From positions 62,001 to 126,000 of the forward strand of contig NOWV01000200.1 in assembly GCA_003344405.1 (NCBI GenBank): 64,000 bases of DNA. Direction: 5' to 3'. A program made the position numbers and the translations under genes. The stretch is from Trichoplax sp. H2 (taxonomy: Eukaryota). Each line of letters starts with the position of its first letter. The stretch's first letter is position 1. Positions 14,380-26,689 of the stretch are shown here, one piece after another. The notes beneath the pieces are model-generated. The model was not told the DNA's origin and searched no databases. It saw only the letters and a program-made list of their open reading frames with translations.

Positions 14380-17230
14380 AATCCAGCTGGATAAAAGCTA
14401 GGGCAAAATTTTCTTTCGAGTGCAGGATTGAGTATCATACAAAACATCGATTTCCAAATCAATCGAATTTCAGCTAATAAGTGCAATATGATATTTTAGC
14501 GCTGCAAAGTTGAAGCAGGTAGTCAGAGTCCATTTGGAACAAAAAATTGATAAGATCTCAACTACTATACTGTTACTAGTTATAATCCCAGCAGCATGCA
14601 GTAGATATCATTATCTCAGGCTTTATTGACACAAATACAGAAAAAATAATAAATGAAATAGCATATTTACCATCAAGATTAAACGCTATAAAATTTATGT
14701 ATTAAATCAAGTATAGTGAAAATTATTTTGCAAAATACATCGTTTTGATAAATATAAACCTTTTCGTAGATTCATAAGTACTCGTGAATGAAATGAATCC
14801 ATTGAAGTAGACTAGACAGAATAAATATATAGCTAGGGAAACTGGTGAAGTTAATCATTCAATTCTATATATAGCCAGCAGATCTGTAAAGTTATTCGTC
14901 ATATTCCCGCGATATTAACTTATGAAAATACCTACAGTATAATATACGTACTCAAAAAGTAAATTGCAGATCACGAAATACTTTCATATATGCATCGTAC
15001 AGTACATATCATCTAGAAATGGCTGCTTATAAATTCTTACAATTTAGTCGTTACGCAATAGCTTTTGTATAGCTATCATAAGATAGTTCTTTAAGATAAA
15101 TTATCTAAGAATGTATTTATATTAATTTATCTATGGCCATAAATTTAATATATACTTGCATAATTATCTATAAACTGATAAATTATCTTTATTTTGATTT
15201 ACTATAAATTGAACACTTTTTCAATAAAGTTTTGGTTCAACTATGTTTGAGACTAGAAGGAGGTCCTCTAGGAATCAGTCTACCAGGTTATTTCGAAAAA
15301 TGTAAACATCTTTCAGGGAAGAGATTGCAATATAAGAAAATGAGCCCATTCAAGACTCATTCCACCGGGTTACTTGGAAGATGAAATGGTCATTCATTAT
15401 TACTAAAGTTAATAATGTTAATATTTCTATTTTTAACTTATTAGTGTCATTATGGTTACACCTAGCTCATTTAAATTTCTGGATGCAACTTAGTCTAGGC
15501 CTAATAATGCCCAAAAATGTAGAAAGTGTAACCTAGTAAAGCTATACATTTTAGGTCTTATTGCATTGCATAATTAGTTGCTCACGATGAAAACAAAGGC
15601 TGAAATCATAGATGCAGCAAGTTTAATCATATCTCGAGAATATTTTATCCCACTTCAAAGTCATAGTCTATGTTTAAATCAAATTCCCTATTGCATGATT
15701 GTGAATGTTGCTTGATCGGTCTGACTGTAAATCGGATTCACTAGCTAGGGTAAGGGCTATCGTACTTTGTATAGGCACTCTCTAGAGCTTATCAAAGAAA
15801 GACGCAAATATTGATCATATCTACCGTTAATCTTTCTTATAGTTTACTCTTGATTCATTAGCGCTAGATTAGATTGATTTCAAACTTACATCTTCAATTA
15901 TTTGTTAAATATTCACGTGTAGAATAGGGTACAATCTTAGTCGGACTAATCTGGCCTAGGTGGATATAATCTCTTCTGCCTAGATTATACCAGGGGTATG
16001 AGCTAGGCTAATTTAATAATTATTATTAATTAATATGTCTCATGTTTTAATGTTTCTTGCAGTTTACATTTGATCAATCAGCATTAATAATACTAATTTT
16101 AATCTTGCAATGTTGATTATATTATAAATACATTTATTTATGATGAAGTATAATTTTGTCTAGGATGATAAATATTTCTTAAATTCTTGGTGTAGTTTAT
16201 TTGTTTATTTTATTATTGTGAAGATACTAATGATGGTGTCTGCCATTGAAGTCGCTTGTGAAAATACCTTATGATAAGAAATATTAGTACGGCCAGTGCG
16301 AGACTATTTAAAATGTTTAGATCGCAGTAATAAATCATGTCAGTGACTAATCTAATGGCATCTCAAAAAATTCGTATTTTCATATAAGCCTTCATTAATG
16401 ATTGCTTAAACCAGTATATGGGTATATGATAATAACAAATATCTTCCTTCAAATACGATACTCTGAGCTATGCATAAGATGTTAAATATCTACAATGCTA
16501 TCCGGCCTAATCCTAGGAATGGCTGATTCCCGGGATTGGCCGTTACAGCTGTAAGAGCATTTTGAATTAGCTTGACTTAAGAATAAATAATTATAACTAA
16601 CGTTAATGATTTCGAAATGATGCTCTAGTAGATTCGAGGAAGAGGTCTAGCAATGACACTTTACAATCTAGCTGGATTTAACCTATTGCAAAAATAATTT
16701 TTGAAGGCAAAGATTCAATATCATATGAATTCTTCCCAAATCAATCGAAATTTTATCTAATTAGTGTAATAATATATTCCTATATTTTTTAAACGTCCTT
16801 TAGTTGAATCAATAGTAACTGCCCATTTATGAAGCAAATTGATAAGGTTAAAATCACCACGCGCTATAGTTATAATATCCAAACTCAGTATCATGTAATC
16901 AATATTATCTTGGAGCCTTTATAGACGCAAACGTAGAAATAAAACAGGTTAAGTTTATAATTATTAGGGTTAAGGTTAGGTTTAGGGCTAGGATTAGGAT
17001 AAATATATTAACTTCATTGTGCATACCATCAAGATTAAGAATTAGGAAATTGATATATTAAATCAGTCATGAAGAAATCCCTTTGCAAATACGTCGCTTT
17101 AATAGATATAATCGTTTTCATACATATATAAATGCTCATAAATGAAATCATCATGAAAAAACTATAATATACGCACTTATGCAGCGTCTGAAAATGGCTG
17201 CTTATAAAACTTGACAATCTAGCGTACAAT
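14380..17230 (+). repeat. Diverged non-coding direct duplication (~14380-15055 vs ~16665-17230)
   Basis: Collinear shared blocks: atc(c/t)agctggat; ccaaatcaatcgaa; aaattgataag; taccatcaagattaa; aaatggctgcttataaa. Confidence 0.7.
16964..16999 (+). repeat. Short degenerate telomeric-type (TTAGGG) hexamer run
   Basis: TTAGGG TTAAGG TTAGGT TTAGGG CTAGGA TTAGGA, six in-register hexamers. Confidence 0.6.
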
Positions 17231-17936
17231 CCAATCTATTCTTGTAGAAATATATAACTCTAATTTTTTAAGCTATTTGGGGCTGCGCTACAGCAAAATA
17301 GCTACGATACAAGACAATTCTCAATTAATTGATGCTACACATTTTTATATTTTAAAATCAAACACAAGTAACTTTACTTATATAATAATTTTAACTTTTA
17401 TCCATAGATAAATCCGTAATAATGATATATGGATTTAATAATTTTATATCACTTTGAAACAATATAACTTACTTTGTCTACCGCCACCTTAATCAGTACG
17501 TAGCTATACCAACGAAATAATTACTAAGAAATAAAGGGCTAATACTATTCTAGTTAACCAAGCTTGAGCAAAGACATACTTGATTTGGATGATTTTGCCC
17601 CCCCCCCCAAAAAAAAATCGAGATCCCTGCAAATGCATCATTGTAACCTTTCTTAATGTAAGAATAGATTCTAATGTGATGGCTGTATAGCTAGAGACTA
17701 CCAAAATAAAGTAGGAAAGGAAAAATGGTCTTTCACTATATTAAAAATGAGGAAGAAGATTATTATACTAGTCGTTTAACTACGAGTATTTCTTAACAGT
17801 AAGGAACAAATCTCTCCAAAGAATTCGTTTCTATATGTAGAACACATTTTAGATAAGCAGCATTATCATTTAAATTTTCTGGATAATTATAAAAGTAGTA
17901 CGAATTTTTTCATCGCTGTCTGGTAAAGCTTCTAAT

Positions 17937-20900
17937 TTAGCCTCGAATATGTAGAATATATTCTGGATAAGCAGCGTTGTCATTCAAGATAACAAAAGTA
18001 CTAGGATGACGAACATTATTAACCGCGGAATGAATTCTTTCCTCACTACCAGGGATAACTCCTAAATTTATCTTTCCTTGTCCTGAATGTAATCCATATA
18101 TACCCGTTATAGCCCTCACTAGAAGCAAAGTATTCTTACTTGGATAGACGCTAAGAATATTTTCATGAAGATAAGTTCCAATTCCGTATTCAGCCCCTAG
18201 TAGGAATAGATTAAGAATATAAAGTTGGGCAAGGAATTGGATATCCATCAATAGAAATTGAACTTATAAAACAGACAACTTAAGACAATATGCCTGCCCT
18301 TACACTCATTCCATGTTGAGTGAATGATAAATATCCTACCTGCAGATGCATCAAAGTCTCTGTCAAATCCCGTTTTATAAATACGATTTATACTTGAAGG
18401 GTCGGTACCATAAAATAATCTTCTCTCAACTGGAAACCTGGAACGATGCTTTTGTACTGATTCAGTCACTTCTTTCTTGCACAGCTGATAGCGTTTATAA
18501 AGGTTCTTATTCTGAACTCTTTGCAATCTCATAAGGTGAAAACAACTATGTGATGAATTTACAATCCGATCGATTTCATTAAACTCTTCACCATAGCATA
18601 CATCCACTAGAAGATTTTGATCCATATTCTCGTCATCATTATCAATACGTGTCCAATGACTTGGCAAATCATCTATAAATTAGATAATCATCGAATTCAT
18701 TATCAACAAGACTAAAATCTCTTCATACTACTGTCTTGACCTTGCTCACTGACTGATGAGAATAATATAAGAAAGACACTGGATATAGTGGAAGTAAAGT
18801 ACCGTATGTCTTAACAAGGGCAAAGATTTTAAGAAAAATTTCTTGAAAATAACGTTTAACCTACCGTGATGAATCGATTTTCGCATTATTGTAAATGACA
18901 AATTGTTCATTTGGATTGCCATGTCGTCGTAATTGATGATTTTATCGTCAAATTTATGAGTGGACCCGTATTTGTTTTGAATAAAAATTTGGTAGCCTTT
19001 TTCAATTTCATAGTTCATTTCAGGAGAAAAAGTGTGAGTAGTTTGCTCGACTTCAACGCTCCATTTAGCAATTTCTAAGGAGTCGTTAGCCCACTCTTTT
19101 ACCATAACTTGACAATCTCTCTCTCTAGCAAACTTTTGAATCCTATTAGTAGCTTGAAATACATCATCTTCATAGCCGTAAATTGTCATTTTGTTGCTAT
19201 TGGGATTGCAAACTGTTAATGTACCAAACTGACACCATAATTCATTAATTAGTTTTAAGCATTGGATATCCTGGAAGTTATCAATCAGATCTTCTTCCTG
19301 GACTTCTTTGCTTATCCAACACGGTGCACTATCTGCTAAATTTTTCTCAACTTGATCTATAATATCGTTACTACCAGCAATGATATCAATACTCTTGCCA
19401 TATCTATGGTAAGAATAGGATTGACTAATATGCCAATTAATCGATTTTGCAATGCCATCTCTACGTTTAACCGTAATTTGCCTTTGCGCCCAACAAGCTA
19501 TTTCATGAGCTAGTTCGTTATTACCCGTTATAAAATCAAGACGTGAAAGTGGACAGTTGATCTTGGACCGATCTTTGAGAAAACTAGCTATAGCAGTAAA
19601 TAGACTGCAGATATCTTCTTCCTTAATTTCTGTACTTGCTAATGGACATGTAAGAGAACTCTCGCCATTGCCATTGATATGATTGAGCAAAGATTGAAAA
19701 TCGTCTATCATATCGTATGGACAACAAGTATAAATAGTCCTGCTACTTCCAGCTACCGTTTCTTGGCTACTACTTAAAGTCCAACTCCAGTGCATTCGAG
19801 ACCAATTCCGATCTAATCGCTCTGATAGCTTTCCCTGCTGTAAATGGCTTGAACAGACTTTTGTTGGATTAAGTATAGCTGATGTTTCAGCAGCGTAAAT
19901 ACTACCATGATAGAAATTGAGACGAAAACGAGAGGAATCTGTAGATACGGCAGAAAATAGAATTTCCAGTGGATTTTCTTTCATATCCATAACAGTTTTT
20001 GTAGCGTTTGTTAGGCGTTCTACCAGTCCTACTCCATCGCATTTGGTCAAGTCAGATAGCCTTGATGTTCCATCAGAATGGCTATTAATTCGCTTAAATA
20101 TTTTACTATAGCTATAATACGCTTCTACATCATTTTCAAAGACAACAAATCGCACTACTTTTAAATTTCTGCGACCACTGTTCTTAGCAAATTCGATTGC
20201 TACATCAATCATTTCTTTCGCAATAGTATCGTAGGAAAATCCAGTACTGCCAGTCCCAATGGTCGGTATAGAAATGGCTTTCATCGATTCACGATTCGCT
20301 TTATCTAGACATTCGTAAATTTTGTCATTTAACCACTACAAAAACAGAACGTATAGGGGAAAAAGCAGCGGTGTCAGCTGATTGCAACCTTATCCCATTA
20401 ATTATTGAACTGCTTTCAGTAGTTGCCGATTAACTTACCGTTAATGTTCGCGGCGAACTTAAGAATGGAACGTGATAGACTTTCTTACATCTTAAACGAT
20501 ATCCATCAGTACAGCCAATTTCATCTCCATCAAGATACTGGCTCAGATTGTCACATTCTCTTCTATAATTTCGTCCACCAGCCTGATATAATGCTCTAGC
20601 GATTGCTCCTACTTCGAAGTCGTACACATCAACAGAATTGACAATAACATCAGTCTAAATAAGAGACCATGGAAGAAAATTCTGAATGGCTTTATCGCAT
20701 TAGGCAAAATTTAATGCTACGGAGATTTATGATCATTCTGGTAATACTTTTAGCTTACTGTAACACACAACCACTGTCACAAGCTGAAATCATTATACGT
20801 ACCTTTCTACCTTGTTCTTCAATTCTTCCTCTTATAAGTTTCATACACAATCCCAAGACATAAATTTGGTCATCACCGTAGTCTGTACTTGCCGATGACG

Positions 20901-23601
20901 ATATTTGCCTTTTACTTCTTCTATTCTTTGAAGTAGCTAAATTTTCATTCGATGTTTTTTCTTGCTTCTTCTTCACATTGACTTTACTGTAGAAGACGAA
21001 ATTAAATGAATTAAAATTGGCAGCTCTTTCTAGTACCTATTTCAAATTCTCCTAGTAACTTCCAATTCTTTTAACTTTTATTACTATAGCTACCTTTCAA
21101 CAGCAACATCTGATATTGTAAATGAACATTTTAAATTCGCCATAATTTCCTTAATCTTCCTGTGTCTTCGACCATGAATGATGAATCGCGCTATTCTGGA
21201 TAATTGGCTACCATCGTACGAAAATTTTTTAATGGCAATAGGAATAGAAGAAATTTTCTCTTTAATTTGCCTAATCTCGGTTGTTATACGCTCATGAGGA
21301 TATTTAATGATCACTTGATATTTCAAATCGCTATCCAAATCTTCTATCGAGTGAAACTGCAATTGGCAACAATACTGATCCTCTATTTCCTCTTTATAAT
21401 GCTGTTTCAAGTACTGAGCTTTTACTTGTGGCAATTCTTGGATGAAAAATTCATCATCATAAAGAGTAAAAGCTGTTTTTGCTTCAAAGTCATTGAGAGA
21501 TTGCTGGACTTTCGTAATCACATTATCCAAAGTATTACTGCTGCCAACCACTTCAACAGTCACAACTTTCTCTTTGGTATTCATCCAACATTGGATCAAT
21601 ACGCCAAGATGAGAAGCTAATTTCTTTGTTAATACATCATATATTGCGATCCAGTGCCAAAGCAAATCTTTGGTATATGATATTTGATAAGTGTTGGTAA
21701 GGATATCCGTGTTAAGAATCGTCACTGCTTTATCATATTCTTGTTTGCTGATAGCTACTATGGAGATTGTCTTCTTATTATAATGGATACCTGCTTTAAT
21801 TTTTCGATTTCTAAATTTGGTGTTCATGTCCTTTACAAGCTGTGGGTACTGGCAAAGAAATGTAGACAGCGATGGCGATATGCCATCTTGACTGTCTTTG
21901 ATATTTGCAAAAAGCTCCTGATGATCTTGTATTTCTTTCCTGTTGGCAATTTGAACCAATTGATGTTGCGAGCCAAGTTGCTGAAAGAGCAACATTAAGG
22001 AAGGAGTCATGGTAAATATTGATCCTCTAGTAGTATCCTCTGTTGTTTTATTTACACCTTAAGAGAGTAAATGACAAGAAGAAGACGCCAATTTTAATGT
22101 TGCTTTGCCTTTATAATCCTCATTTTGGTAACTGTCTGACTTACCTGCATCATACTTTTCCACCACTATATTTGATGTTGTATCAACCATATGATGACGG
22201 GTTTCTCCACTTTTAACATTTTTAGTAGCAGTATCATTTGTTAGAGATTGATCTTTGTGATTTTTATTAATTGCTCCACTATTTTTAGCAACAGTTGGAT
22301 TGAAATTTTCGATGCTTCCATCTTGGCACACGTTGCCTTCGTCGATGATATCATTATTTATTTTCTGTAACAATTCTTGCTCAAATGATAATGTTGTCTT
22401 GTGCTTTGTCGATCGAGCAGAAGCCTTGGAATTTCCGTCTTGACTGACTCTGTCATTACTATTTAATTCACCTGTAAGAGATGGCGTTGACACAGAATGG
22501 TTAGTTACATTGCTTTGCTTATTGGCTGCCGGAGGGTGTATTAACTAACTTACGATCAACGATTTTAGAATTTTTGACTGTATTCAGCTTTGGATCTTGG
22601 CTATTGCTATCCTGTTGCAAATTCTGTCTAACTTGGGTTTTTGCTGTAGGAGCAGCTAAATTGTTCACTGCACTTCCATTTGCTATTGGATCTTTTGTAC
22701 TGTTGTGTACACGAATACCAGTCGATGATGTTCCCAAGTTTTGGATATAGCTATCATTACTTTTTCCCGATAAATTCCGGCTAATGGAGGGTGCAGATAC
22801 AGGTACACCTAACTTACCAGCTTTATTTTTGTTGGTATCTTGACCTTTTTCACGATCTGCTGCGGTATTGGAGAACGATGAGTTATGAATCAACGGAACT
22901 TTATTTTTGCTGTTTGAATCTTGTGCCGTTCCATTACTTTGAGTAGTGGAGGCTTTCAAAAGTTTGATATTGCTATCAAGTAATTCTTCCAAAGAAGTTT
23001 TCGACGATAGTAATGACCGTTTTGAAGACAATCTCGTATTAATTTCGTGAATTTTAGATCTAGCATCAGCTCTAGAAAATTGATATCGATCATCATTCCC
23101 ATCATTTGGTGTGCTATTGGCTGCTTTATCATTTCCTTGACTCTGTACTGGCAACTTACCAGCCGGGAGGCCTGCTGAATTATTTTGGTGACTTTTAGAA
23201 TTAATTTCAACTCTAGCAGACGAATATTGACCATCCTTCCAATTTTTGAGTATGCCAATAGGTGCTTTATTTTCTTGTTTACTTTGTGTTGGTAACTTAT
23301 CAGATGTAAAGCCAGCTGAATTACTTTGAGGTTCATTTACAGTTGAATTTCCTCTGTGATTTGCTACGCTCCCATAATTATTACGGTCATTATTCAAATT
23401 GTTAATCCTTGATCCTTGTTGGACATAGTTATTAGAGCTACTCGGTAAGCCTTCAGCTGTTCTCGAATTCTCTTTATCGTCAGCATTTGTATTCGATTTA
23501 GCTGCTGCCTTGCGGCACCTTTCCTTCACGTATGTCTGATAGGTGTAAGACGTAGAAGGTTTGGGTGCTTGAAAACATGCTAAGCAGAATAATTGACCCA
23601 T
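17937..23601 (-). CDS. Paralog B: macro-PARP (PARP14/9-like) with putative N-acylation motif, low-complexity linker, KH-like region, macro, reduced macro, WWE and a probably inactive ART domain
   Basis: Exons 23601-22554, 22471-22145, 22057-21094, 20986-20803, 20654-20439, 20335-18865, 18672-18340, 18196-17937, all GT-AG and in phase. Starts MGQLFCLACF. Macro TDVIVNSVD...AISIPTIGTG. WWE-like KWSVEVEQTTHTFSPEMNYEIEKGY. ART LQRVQNKNLYKRY...RRLFYGT...GFDRDF...YGIGTYL...AYPEY. Confidence 0.88.
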
Positions 23602-26600
23602 GAATTAACTGGTGCAAAGGTTTACTCAGCTTTATAGCATCAATTCCTTCCCAGGATAATAGTGGTAGCATCAATTTCACGATATTAATCTTCAAGAATA
23701 AATTAGGGAAAGGTGATGATTCCAAGGATAGTAAACTTTGCAGTAGTATAGCTTTAAAGTAGTAATACTTGGATAGATTTCTTTATTTTCCCAACTGGTG
23801 ACTTTCTACACGATTTAGCTTTGTATGGTGGTAGTAGCTTGGTAGGGCTACAGTAATCACTATAAAGGCATTAATTAATGAAGCATTTAATTTTTCGATT
23901 TACTCACGCAGCGTTGATTTCAAGAATGAAATCTAGCAAGTAAAATATTTCGACAGCATTTAGTTTATCGATTTAAGCGCTTAAATTACTTATCCTAATA
24001 TTCCTGTGTTGATTTCAAGTCAACTTTTTATTATATAATAATACTGAATTAGTGAAGTTAAGTATTTGAAGTCCAAAATGTTCACTATCGATCTCAGTCC
24101 GATATAACCAGAATGGACTCAAGCCATTGCAGCTATCAAAGAAAGCCTACCTTAAGTTTAAATTACTAATCCTGATAAGCATGTATTGGATAGAGTCAAT
24201 TTTCTAGTATCTAGGAATACTAAATTGGTGAGATGTGGTATTTTAAATTTAAATGTTAACTAGCGATCCTAGTCTGATATTACCAGAATGCACTATTGTC
24301 ACCAAAGTTAGGAAACAAAGCCTGGAAATATGTTACGCCAATAGTAACTATGGAACGTACGGAATCAGTTTTGTTTGCTTCTATACAAATATAATCATCG
24401 AATGCATACTAAAGTAATGTGGTTATATGATTAATCTAGTGTCAAAAGTAGACCATCACAGATTGAAATTCGTTTGCAAGTGTGCCCACAGAGACTGCTT
24501 CGATTTCTGGCTTCGTTTACTTTATAGGTGGCATAAACGATCCTACTGGGAATATAGAAGAATTAGCATAACACAAGATACCGCTTCCGCATTGCATACT
24601 AACTCTTCAAACATTGGCATTTGGTCATAGACTATTATTATCGATGCTTTAGTCATGAAGCATATCTATTAGCTATTTCTATCTCTAATTTTCGAATCCG
24701 TTTCTCAGAATCGGATAAAATATGGTGGAATAGTTTGCTATATTTATTCTCATCGTCATCGATGATTGCACAAGCAAATTTTTAACATGCTGATCTATAT
24801 GTCAATTTCGCATCCATTTTAATATACAGTACGAGCATATAGAGCTGTATGCAGAGATTTAAATGAATCCTTACAAGATTTCAAGCTTGTCGTGATTTCA
24901 GTTAAATACAGTAGTTATGTGGTGGGAAATACCGTAATAAGGTTAAGAAACCATACACTATAAACTTACGTAGTTCATAATGAAATTATAGCAACGTTAC
25001 AATTCTAAATCACTTTTTTTTTCGCTAAAAAACAGTCATCAAAAAATATGCCTATGTCAGCAGCTTTTGTTGGTACGTCTACATTTCTTAATTCTATCAT
25101 TTCTGACAGGCTATAACCTGGTGCTAGAATTGCCAAATGCTTGCCAGACTATAGAAAGTAGTCGATTTTCTAGAAAGTTTGATAAACTATTATTATATTA
25201 TATCCTATTGCATTCAGAAAGCATCCGTGGGTGGTCCTCCTTTCCTAAATAATAGCACCCAAGACCCACCTCCTACTTTAATTAAATATAAGTGTTTACT
25301 TTGACAACATCATCTCTAAACCGTCAATATCATAACGCAGTTTGGCTTTAGCTTTTACATGCGGCAGAATTACAAGAATTAATAAACACTATCAGCGCTA
25401 CCTAGAAATAATAGCTTCGATTTAGCAAAATTGTTCATCTAACACGACATAATACTTTACTGTTACAAAGACTCTTAAATATAGACTCGATTATAATCCT
25501 AAAAGGGAAAAAATTTTAGTGTGATTATCACCAGTAGAATAGAAAGTAAGGGCACCGGGTAAACAAAAATCATTCTTTCTGAATTTAACATATGCCATTA
25601 TCACTAATTAACGGTTCGTTTTAGCATCATCTTTAACTACAAAAACACCCTCTGTTATAATCTACCATGATCATAGGTAATTTCCATATTAAAAATATAG
25701 CTACTTAGCTAGTTCTAAGTTGGAGGCTACTAAATGTCTCTAATCACTATGTATTTAATGAAACTACCTTAGCCAGATAAATACTGAAGAACCGCTCTAC
25801 ACTAGGTCAAAAATCTTTTAATTACAATAAAACAACTTTTACTTCATCTTCTATAACAGTGTCCTAACTTATAGCCAATAAAATGATGCCATGCAATCAG
25901 ATCGATCACAATAATAACTTTTTTTTCCCGACGTTGATATAAATTGAATAAAACTTTGCCTGCGGACTCAGAAAAATCATTGAGGAAAACTATTGTCACC
26001 AACATTGCTAAGATGTAAGCCTACTACTCAAGAAATAGATTGCTAATAAAGCGATAGTTCCAATACTTTAATTTATTGTAATAATGATATAATTTAGCTA
26101 TCCGATTTTAAATCTACGATTTCTAATCACATATTATGAGTCAAAATCTCAAATCAAAGTCATAATATGTGTTCTTATAATAGTATAAATTTACAGACGT
26201 TAAAGAAGTGAAGTAAAGGATAGCTTGTACACAGATATTGTACTTCTTAAGGTTCAATCGTCATCATAGTATCCTATCTTTAATCAAGCAATTGAGCATG
26301 TAATCTATTCCGCTGCAAATTTCACTTATGAAATAGATAAAATTTTGAATTACATTCCGTTAATTAACTGGAGTTAAAGATGTTAATAAGGTAGATTTAA
26401 ATATCAAATAGAAAATATTACAGAGATGACTTGAAAAATAGGCTAATACGCGTATAGTACACGAAATGGCCAACGAAATAGCTTTATCTAACTACAATTA
26501 GAAGTAAAAAATAATTAAAAGCTATAGCAATCTCATTGTCAATAACCCACGTTTGTATATGGTAGCTACTCTAGTCTTCTATAACTATGTTGTAAGCCAT

Positions 26601-26689
26601 TCAATTATCAAAACTTCGGAAAACATTCATTTTTTGATGATAGATAGCCAAATAAAAGCTTATGATGATTATTGCCTACTGGATACGTA

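Noticed and set aside
21204..21998. Plus-strand ORFs (138 aa and 104 aa) and similar antisense ORFs elsewhere (e.g. 55579-56610)
   Set aside because: They are shadows of minus-strand exons, with no recognisable motifs.
22059..22553. Apparent frameshifts between consecutive B ORFs
   Set aside because: Explained by phase-consistent GT-AG introns at 22472-22553 and 22058-22144.
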